NCBI GenBank assembly: GCA_904063045.1
Contig: CAJFCJ010000060.1
Coordinates: forward strand, 1 to 64,000
Source of the DNA: Dimorphilus gyrociliatus
Taxonomy: Eukaryota > Animalia > Annelida
Length of the DNA stretch: 64,000 bases
Direction of reading: 5' to 3'
The translations under genes were made by a program, and so were the position numbers. Under the pieces are notes generated by a model. That model was not told the DNA's origin, did not search any database, and saw only the letters and a list, made by a program, of their open reading frames with translations. Positions 52,701 through 63,099 of the stretch are shown in pieces; within the stretch, counting starts at the first letter, position 1; each line of letters starts with the position of its first letter.

Positions 52701-54033
52701 TCATGAAATTAAAAAATAAACCTGTTGAGATAAACTTCTACACTGAACAAGTTTTGGATGACACCCTAATGAAAATTGTAGAAAAATTGGAAGGAGCAAA
52801 TATTGATGTTGAAATGTTCAAGGAATACAAAAATTTTATTGAACATATGTTTGTCAAAGATGATTTAGTATGGTATCTGAATGGTTGTCAACCATTACTG
52901 GTAATTCCACTACTAACTTTAACAAACCTACTGAACCAAATACATCAACATCAAATATTTGAACACTATGGTGTAGACATAACAATTCATACTTTGGAAC
53001 AAGCTTTCTGGCATCCACAACTTAAGAAAACAATTAAAGACCATATAAAGAATTGCAAATTCTGTGAACAATTAAGAGCACCTGGAAACAAACATCTATT
53101 GGTTGAAACACCCCATCCAACTCTACCAATGCAAAGAATTGCAATGGACATAATGGGACCACTAACAGGACATGAATCTTACAAATACATACTTGTCATT
53201 ATAGATCACATGTCAAGATTTACAAATCTATTTCCATTAAAAACTCAGACAGCTGAAGAAATATCAAAACACTTGTTTTTTAACTACTTTCCAATATTTG
53301 GTATTCCAGAAGAAATTCTCACAGACCAAGGACAGAATTTTCTGGGAGAAATATTTACAGAGATGGTTACATCAATGGGAATAAGGAAAAAAAAAACAAC
53401 AGCATTCCATAGCCAAAGTAATGGAATGGTAGAAAGAAAGAATTTGGAAATTCGCAGAGCACTACATAAACATGTAGTTATGGAACAATTAACAGATTGG
53501 ACAAGACAATTACCAATAATTCAAACATGCTTAAACCAAATTCCAGTGGGAAGCACAGGCAAAACTCCACATGAAATATTATTTGGATTGAAGAATAGGA
53601 ATGTCTTAGATGTGTTAATGGAAGTTCCAAGATTAGAACCAACAACAAAATTTCTATTTGATAGAAAGCATGAAATGGAAGAAATAAGAGCAACTGCATT
53701 GTGCAAATCTGTCATGAAAAAGAAGGGATATAGAGATAGAGTAAACAAAACTATCACAAGAAAACCCCCAACTTACCAAATTGGTGAATGGGTACACATA
53801 AAAAACGAACACATTGGACAAGGAATGAATAGAATAAATACAAGCAAATGGAGTGGACCATACATTGTAACTGCTACTGATACTACAAAATGTCTTTATG
53901 AATTGGAAATATTAAATGGCAAAAGAAAATTCTACCATGCTAGTAGACTAAGATTGGCTAACAAACAACCAACTAGAGTTAACACACTCAAGGTAGAGAA
54001 ACAAGAAAGGAAAGTTGGAACACTTCCTATAAG
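49719..54033 (+). CDS. pol: Gag-tail/Pol polyprotein of lineage B (PR, RT, RNase H, IN), one -1 nt lesion in RT
   Basis: LCDTGA protease, ILGCDFL, YMDD, TDASNYAVG, HHCC, intact D-D-E (IAMDIMGP, LTDQGQNF, SNGMVER), WSGPY; frame change at acaaaacattg ~51690. Confidence 0.95.
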
Positions 54034-56400
54034 AGGATCCATTGTTTACACTCTGCTAGCTCTCTGCTTATTAAACTTGGTTCAGGGAAATGCATCAATA
54101 ACAAAAGCAAACATAACTGTGAGAATGCTTCCTTCAGTACAATTCTGTCAAGGGCAACAAGTACATCAGTCATTTGATCTGGCTGATGAACCAATTTGCA
54201 CATTCAAAACTAAACAAATGACCAAAATAATGGCAAATATTTATGAAATTAAAGCTGATAATTTGGCAATACAAGCTGTTAAGTGTTTGGTAAAGAGAAG
54301 AATCAACTTTTACACTCATTACTTCTTTGGAGCAAAGAAACACAGAGTTGAAAAACAAACACTTACCTTAAGTGACAAACAATGCAGAAAAATGTTATTG
54401 TCAAAAAAGACCTTAAATGGACAAAAACTCATTGAAAAAGGAAACCTTCTAATGTACAATGAAAACAAAGGATCAAATTACAAATGGCCAAGAACAACAG
54501 TGGTTGAAGAATTTACAACAATTCTCCAAATTGGCAAAGCTTATTGGCACCCAAGTCAGGATAAGATAACAACCAACTTGGAATATTTAGAGGACTGTTC
54601 TATCAAACATAAATTTTGTAGAACTCTGGATTCCATTATTATTTTCAATCCTCAGAAAGGACAAAATCTCCTTGGTCATGAATCCCCATGGAAAGCAGTA
54701 TCCTACAATGTAGAGTGCATTAAGCTTGGAGGATATTTTTCATGTCCCAACTATGCAATAATGGATTTACCTTATCAAGATAGATATATCAAAGGATATG
54801 GTGGTCCTGGAACAAGAATTTTAGTACCCCAGAAGGAATACGACTTATTAAGAACTGATCTTACAAATTCAAATTATGCTGACAACAGAATGATGGCAGA
54901 TATCAAATATAAAATCATTTCAAACAAAGAAGTTTCAAGATTGCAGAATTATGATGGAAAGAAATCAACTTTGAGAAAAGCAAATAATACAGAAATACAA
55001 AATATACTAACCTATAATGATTGGTATAGAGATGGTGACAAGACTTATCATATGCTGATCAAAAATCATGTAACACCACTGGTTAGGACCTGGATGGTCA
55101 GAGAAATAATCTCACCTGATATATGGGATATTAACAACAAATACATACTCAAAATGTTGAAAACAACCAAAATAGAACCTGCTAGAATGGCAAAAGCAGA
55201 AGATTTTGAACTCAACAAGAAGAAAATTAGTTTCAATCCATTACCAAGACTGGACACTTGGTACCAAAGTCCAAAAGATAAACAATTTCAAACACATCAA
55301 GCAAATGGAAAATTTACACTTTTGCAAAGAACACCAAAGAAGCATAAAATGGAGGAGAAGAGTATCAGAAAGCATACAAAATTTCACAAAATAGACATAG
55401 CAGATGCTATTCGAACATCTGCTTTATTAAATAACATTGATAAAAATTTCCAAAATTTACAAACAGTTTTCAAACAAGTATCACAACTTCTATGCAAAGA
55501 ATTCATTATGAGAAACAAGATGGTAGCATTACTCACACCATTGGCACCTCAACTACCAACAATACTTGGATCTAAGCATGGAATGCACAGTACATGGCTT
55601 GGTGATCTAACAACCTTAAATACTTGTACAGAATTAAAATCAGTTCAAGTAGTGTGTGATACAACAATTATCACCAAAAATGGATTATGCTCCAAAGAAT
55701 TTCTCATCAAGTATAAAGATCTCTTATTGTCAGTTGATCCAATACTCCATCATGCTTACCACATAACAAAAGAAGATATAAGATATGGAGATTGTGACCA
55801 AACACAACACCTGTTCAAAATTAAGAAAAACCCACTGGACATTGAACACAATCAACATGCAATGTATTCTGGAAAGAAAACATTCATCTATTACACAAAG
55901 AAAGGATGCAGATTTCAAACTGCAGCAGCACAATCAATCAGAATGAAAATAAGCAATGAAATTGAAGAACCAAAATTAGAGGTTGCTAGACTTACTGAGT
56001 TAATACAACTTGTATAAAAGAGGATGTTGGTAAGAAACAATAACAAGTTCAACAAGTTTTAGAATACATTCAAGACACTTTAACAAGACATAAAGAGCAC
56101 ATAAACTTTGCTAATGATTTGGGCATTGATGCTGCTTTGTCTAAAACTGAACATATATTCTCATCATGGGCCAGGACACCTTACAAAACACTCATCAACA
56201 TACTTCTTCCAATAACAATAATCATTGGAATTGGGATTCTGATTTGGTTTCTTTGGAAGAAAGACTGGAAAAGAGTACACTTCACCAAGCTAGCTAAGCT
56301 TTTAGCTAGAAAAGAAAAGTTACCTACAGCCCCAACAGCTGAACCAGAAGAAATACCACTACAAACTTATCCAACATTCAAAAAGGATGGTGACCACTGA
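54034..56400 (+). CDS. env: Env-like class III fusion glycoprotein (~790 aa), in frame with integrase; one frameshift and one stop near 56010-56045
   Basis: Signal IVYTLLALCLLNLVQG; AVKC..R...YFFGAK...QCRK; NYKWPRTT; LC..FIMRNKMVALLTPLAP...STWLGDLTTLNTC; C-terminal TM ILLPITIIIGIGILIWFLW plus cytoplasmic tail. Confidence 0.88.
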
Positions 56401-57396
56401 TTGTTTCAAGCCCAAGACCTTTCGTGGAAGCAAGGTCTTAAAGGAGTGGGATGTTTGTACACATTTAGGCAGTTCGTAGGTACTAAACACATAAGCTCGT
56501 AACCAGGCTCACAAACTCACACAATACACCCAAATTGTTACATTTCATTCATCAATGGAAAGCAATATTGAAAGAGTATTATAGAGTACTTACATACCTA
56601 AAACTACAACATACACTATTTAAACTAGTTTATTTTAAACTAGATGTTAACCCTAATTATTATACACATCATATTTAATGAATATTAATTATATCTTCCA
56701 CTATTCTATTTATATTTGGAGCTTTTAGATTATTGTCACTTTTCAACAGTATTGTATGCACAATACTATATTGAATGATTAAGTTTAATACTTTTATCCT
56801 ACCAGTCCTTTACACAGAAACATATTATCTTACACAAATAATTATTATTAATAATTTGTTGTATATTAAAACGGCATCAAGTTGACCTTTTCCTATTTTT
56901 GTGTTTTGGAATCAATCCAACTTCTATTAATAATTGTTACATCTTAGGCAACTTTCTGACCTACTAAAATAGGGAGCAAAAGTTCTCCAAGATAAAGAAA
57001 AAGTAACAAACATGGAAGTATATTTGAACTTTCCCTTTATCCAAATTGTTACATTTGTTTGTGTGAATATTTTATCCGTGAACTGTGAACTATTGGAAAA
57101 GTATATAAACCCTACGAATTTAACAGTAGTCAGTTCAGTTTTCTAACCATCAGCTGGTTGTTCAAACTTGCTTGTTTAGAACTAGAAACTCATTTACTCA
57201 AATACATATTCTTTGAATGAAATACTGGTGTTTGTTGGTTAATTTTTACTGGAATTACATTTATTAAGACTACTTGTGGACGAACTTGAAAGGTTCTATT
57301 TGGACCAGTACTTTGGCACATTGGTAAATGATTGGAGAGGACGAATTTGATAGTGACGAGCTAGGACTTCCTACAATTACAATACAACAAAGTACA

Positions 57397-58876
57397 ATTA
57401 TCGCTCATTATTTTATTCTGGGCAAAGCATTTAAAAAAAGAATTTAGAATGTTATTAATACTAAGTGATTTTTTAACAGCTACATACGTCACAGCTATTG
57501 CAAGTGTAGCAACATATTATAAAAGTCAATATATTGAACACGATAGATATTGGCGTCAGAGTATCCTCTGCCGAGTACTCGGTCAAATTATGACGTTTTC
57601 TCTACTACTCTCTGCTGTTAGTCTACTATTGCTAACGCTAGAAAGATACGAAGCAGTTATTAATCCTTTAAAGCAATCTAAACTTTTGGCCTATAAACAT
57701 AAAATTGTTGGAGTAGCATTCATTATTTGTCTACTAACAACAATCATACCATATCTTCTGTATGGCAATGTGAGTATAAGGGAAAATGGAAACAGACACA
57801 CACAAAAACCAATTTTTAAACACTTATTAGATTGATACCATGGCAACGCCAATTTGTTTTAGTATACACATAAGGAGTGAAAAGACTGATGGATGGCTCT
57901 ATTCTTTCATAATGTTTATTATAATATTTATAATTAACAATATTATTGGTATTTTATATATAATAATTTTAATTAATATCAACAAATCATTTACAAAATT
58001 TCATCATCAAACAACAACAATAAGGCAACAAAAAATCTTTAAAATTGTCTTTCTTGTCATTCTAACAAATATGATCTGTTGGCTTCCTATGTCAATACTT
58101 GGTTTGTCTTGGTTTTTTCAAGTTCAAACTGTTCAATTTTCACTCTTAATTTCTCTTCCTTTCAGCAACTTTATCAGCAATAACGAATATTTATTTTAGT
58201 AATGACACTTACTCAATAATAGTCGCTTTATTATTGCCAATTAATTCCATACTTAATCCATGTTTATATTCTTCTGGTGATATTAGTAAAATTATTGAAG
58301 ATCGGAGAAAAAAACTTGAATTCAAAAGGTTTTCTCTCTCTCTACATATTTATCATGTTTATCAATCTCTATTTGCACAAAACAGACAACAGCTTATTGA
58401 ACATTCTAAAAATAACCTACTTGAAAGAGGTAGTTAATTAATTAATTAGTTAATTAATAATTGAAATATTTTTATCAGTTTTGAAATTCTTCCTTCTTTC
58501 CCAAGAAAATTGTCTTATTCAAAAGACGCCTCATAGACAGTTTAAAAGTCTTTATACAATAAAACATTTGTCCAAAAGCTACAATTGCTTAAAAGTTTTA
58601 AAGGACATTGTCTTTGGAATATCCTATTGCCACAACAATTCTTTAACATTTAAAAAGGAAATTTCAATAGATAATATTTATTTTGATGTAAAATTTTATG
58701 TTCATTCAAATATTCCAATATGAATGATTTTTTCATTTAAAACTTTCAATATTTCTTAGGAAGAAAGTCAAAGATATTTTGTCATTTGGGAGGAATTTGT
58801 AAAAATTGAAGATCATTTGCAAAAGAGAGATATTTTTTCTATTGGAAATATTACGAAAAAGATATTAGTGTGGTGA
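57397..58876 (+). pseudogene. 3' half (TM1-TM7 plus kinase-like tail) of a second LGR/GRL101-like GPCR; ectodomain absent from the window
   Basis: LSDFLTATY, RYWRQSILCRVLG, LTLERY, MICWLPMSIL, LPINSILNPCLY; introns at the same positions as in the 40-47 kb paralogue; begins exactly at the LTR end. Confidence 0.85.
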
Positions 58877-59499
58877 TTAGAGTGGTTCCTCTATATGAAA
58901 AATAAAAAAAAAACATTTCTTTAATTGATATTTTTAACTTACATGAAATAAAGCAAAAAACAAGCCATAAAAATGAAAATACTCTCTATGTAGGCATATT
59001 ACTCATTGTATTTGTCAACAGGGCATGTTAAAAATCACTTTAATAATTTAAATAATGATAATAATTATTTATGTGGAAAACACCTAAATAGATTATTATA
59101 TATTGTCAACTTTTTCATGGTCTATACTTGGGCACAGTTCATCTCCCTTACCCAATGCATTAGTAATTTTGTAATTATACACTTTTTAACAGACTGACAC
59201 TAAGCATAGAAAGTTACCCAATTTCTCAAATTTTTGTGTGTGTATTTCGAACACAATTTGCCAAGTCAGTATAAAATATTTACTAAAAATAAACAATGCT
59301 TGGACTATTATTGTTTATAAAGGAACAAGTATTTCAAGTTTACCTAAGAATGATGTTAGTTTAAGTGGTAAGTTCTTTATGTCCTTTTGGTGTTGGTCCT
59401 CCCCAACTAATTGGATAAATTATTTCTAAGATATTTCATTCATTTTGATGATATATATTGTGAGAATGGAAAAGTATTGTCTTTAAAGAGCTTCCTTAT

Positions 59500-60900
59500 T
59501 ACCATGAATTCACCAAATTGTGTACTATCTTTCTTTGAGAATGCTTGTAACTAGTTTTAAATATCTAAAACTGCTTTTACAAACTGTCTACTCTGCTATT
59601 GAACTCTCATATTGTTACTTGCTTAAGTGTTATTATTGTGAATAAACCATTTTGATTTAAACATTTGTTTAATCTTTTGATTCCATTGGCCTCTTCTTTG
59701 CCTAGTTGAATTGGCCATCCTTTTTAAATATTTCATATATATATATATGCATTTCTGCATATTCCTCCATTTTTATCATGTACTCACTAATTTCCTTGTC
59801 ATTTTTAATTGTTTATTATTATAAGTGCCATTGTTCCTTTAGAAGTTTCTCTTTCAGTGGATTCATCAGGTTCAGTAAGTATTAGTCTGTTAAACTTGCC
59901 TCTTCCCATTGCTGTGTTTCCCATTCTTTGATGTGGTTGAAATGTATTTTGGGTAAAATTTATGTTTGGATTAATTGGGTTGTTGTCATTTTAGCAATCC
60001 AGCTGATCTTCTCTTTGAATTGAATGCAGAATTTAAACTGCATGACTTTTTAATCAAGGACATTAAAAAGGATGATGCAAGATATATCATTTTTGGTGAT
60101 AATCATCAAATTGATCTGTTGAAGCAGAGAATGCTTCAAAGTGATTTCTGAACCATTTCAACAGCTTTTCAAAATCCATGCATTCATAAAAAAGAATGGA
60201 AATTTAAAGCAGGTTACATTAGTTTATATTTTTATGAGTCATAGAAAGAAAAAATCTTATAAAGCCATACTCAAGGTAAAATATATGTCTTATTTTCATG
60301 AATAACATTATATTTTTTAGGTGTTAGCTGATTTTTATATGGTCATCAAACAAATAAAATAGTTGTTGATTTTGAAGAAGCATTATGGAATTTTTCAAAA
60401 CACATTTCCATAATTTCCAACAACAATGTGTTTAAGAAAATTCAAGTAAGTTTTAAACAATCACTCAATAATTGAAAAGGTCTCCTTTGATACAGAGCCT
60501 TGGATATACAAAAGATTATAAAGAAAAAGATTATGAAGGAAAAATGCTCAGAAAAATTGTGGCTTTACCATTTTTACCTGACAATATAATTAAAAGACAA
60601 TTTAAAATTATTTAAAGAGTAGATATGAGATGTCTTCATTAATAAATCAATAGATGTCAATTTGTTTAATTTGAAATCATCCCACAAAACAAAAAATTTT
60701 GTTTGAATGTCAACATACTTCTTCTTTAGATGCTTATAAACCCTTTCTCACAATCATTATTGGTTGTAATTGATAAACCAAAAACTGACCAATTATTTGG
60801 TTTCCACAATTTATTTTCCATCCAATGTGTTTTGAAGTATTCTAAGAGATCCAAGAACTTATTTTTTTCAAAAAGCTCTTTCTTTAAGCTGTCAAATGTT
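59500..60900. mobile_element. Scrambled FLYWCH-MULE fragments on both strands
   Basis: VVDFEEALW, VFKKIQ/gt and KMLRKIVALPFLP on plus; FLYWCH and TNND..W-like pieces on minus; caactaggcaaagaagaggccaatgg resembles 63630. Confidence 0.6.
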
Positions 60901-60924
60901 GGTTGAATAATAGAAGAATTACAG

Positions 60925-61701
60925 ATCCCAACATACTCAACTATGGAAATTGACCAAGAAGCAATACCTCTTCAAAACTATCCAACATTTTCAAAAGAAG
61001 GTAATAGAGTCATTGTGACAAGTCCCAGACCTTTCGTAGAAGCAAGGTCTTAAAAGGGTGGGATATCTTAGATATAATGACATATCAATACTTAGACTTT
61101 AGATATAAGGGTACATTAGAAAGACTTCTATTTTATAAGAATTAGACTGGTGCAACTATAGAAATACTTATATTTTGTAGGAATTATAGTGGTGGAACTT
61201 TAGAAAGACTTTTATTTCGTAGTGTTAGCTTTTAGTACTTTAGAAAGAACTCTATTTTGTAAGAAATAGACTCTTGACTGTAATAGATGGTGGCTACTTG
61301 GGAATTAACAAAGGAACAAAGAACATGGAAAAGATGCAGGTCAAACACCAGATGCTGATGAGACAGGCCTGTTTACTGTGGCACATGTTTGACATGTGGC
61401 CCTAATCTTAGGATTATATTTTATATGTGTGATATAACAGTTTTTCATATTTTTGTTACATGAGAATTATGAGACCGTCAGATTTCAACTTTGTAATCCT
61501 TTGACCACTTGAACCCAAGCTTTGGAAATGTATAAAAGGAAATGCATTTCTCCAGCTTGTCCGTTCAGTTCTTTAACTGTTAACTGGTTGTTTAAACTTA
61601 CTTGTTTAGAACTAGAAACTCATTTACTCAATACATATTCTTTGGACGAAATACTGGTATTTTGTTGAATTATTTCTACCAAAATTACATTTGTTAAGAC
61701 A
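60925..61701 (+). mobile_element. Env tail, PPT and 3'-truncated LTR (~61066-61701) of a lineage B relative
   Basis: EAIPLQNYPTFSKEG, gaagcaaggtcttaaaagggtggga, reverse-complement match to 49090-49700. Confidence 0.88.
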
Positions 61702-61849
61702 TAGAAAGTGTTCCAAAAGTAAGTAAATATCTTTCTTTTCTTTCCTTTTTGTAAAACTTACATATCTTTAATCAGAAAATGATTATTGTGTTGATTGCTT
61801 CAATGTTAGAAGACAAAAAGTTTTAATTAAGTTAAGAAAAATTGTTGAG

Positions 61850-63095
61850 AAAAAAAATGAAAGTCATTCAAATGAAAGTCAAAATGAACTGGGTGCTATG
61901 AATACTGAACAGTTTCATGAAAAAAATCAACAAGTAAATAACTTGTAACTTTTCTCAGTTGAAAAATTGTTAAAATTTTGTTATTTCAGTTGAGACTATC
62001 CTTTGATTTTGAAAATTGTATTGAGGATATATCTGAAGAAGAAAATAATAATTCAAATAACTGTGATCAAGATCAAAGAGTTGACATTCAAGATGAAGTA
62101 TCATTTGATACAAGCAAGGAAATAAGTGTTTATGAAACAAATGAAAATGATTTTGAAATTGTCAAGAATGGAAGTAAAAGAGGAAAAGATATTTTATTGC
62201 ATAATAATTTTTCCTTCTCACTAGCAACAAAAAGCGTTAACATTTGGAGGTGTTCACAAAGATCTAAAAATGAGACCTGTAATGCTTATATTATTCAAAA
62301 AGGTTCAAAATTTCTAATAAAAAATGATCATAATCATTCTAATTCTGGAAAGAATTTAAAACAAAGCATAAAAGCAAGACTTCATTTAAAGTGTCTTACC
62401 TTGGAAAGAAATGAAAAGTCTGGAAAACGTTTAGCTGAAGATACTGCAATGGAATTTTGTAATTCAATTAAAAGTTTGCCTACAATTGAATCATTTAAAA
62501 GAACAGCAAATAGATACAAACAAAACCTTACACCTAAGCACCCAGAAGAATTATTTTTTCAACTAGATATGAATGAAATACCCAAACAATTTTTAGTGCA
62601 AGATATTCAAGGAAAAAACCATAGAAACATAATTTTTGGTACCAGTCATCAAATTAGCTTATTGTCCAAATGTAAAATATGGTTTGTTAATGGACCATTT
62701 AATGTACTTAGACCCCCATTCTATCAACTATTTTCCATACATGGCTTCATTAAGAAAAAGGATGAATATCATCAAGTTCCACTTTTGTTTATCTTAATGA
62801 GTGGAAAGAAGAAGAAACACTACTTGGAAGCTTTCAGAGTGAGTAATTAAAAAAACTTGCTAGAAAAAATGCAAAATTATTCTGTTCTTGAAGGAAATAG
62901 AAAGTATAATGATGGAGAATAAACTGCAAAAGCTTGTATTAGACTTTGAGGCAGGCTTGTGGAAAGCAGTTACTGAAATTTTTCCTGAAGTTGATTTACA
63001 AGGATGTGCTTTCCATTTTAAGCAATCAATTTTCAGAAACATTCAGGTATAATTAATTCAAAATTAAAGTATAAATAATTTTTAGCCTTTTTTTT
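61850..63095 (+). mobile_element. Second, 3'-truncated copy of the 32-33.9 kb FLYWCH-MULE
   Basis: Near-identical to 32078-33110; open across the position of the 32405 frameshift; first catalytic D is N (WFVNGPF). Confidence 0.92.
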
Positions 63096-63099
63096 TTAT

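Larger units (their letters stand above)
49703..57396 (+). mobile_element. Ty3/Gypsy LTR retrotransposon with env (lineage B); most of gag and the 5' LTR missing
   Basis: gag tail-PR-acidic spacer-RT-RH-IN-env, PPT aaaggagtggga 56440-56451, 3' LTR 56456-57396. Confidence 0.96.
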
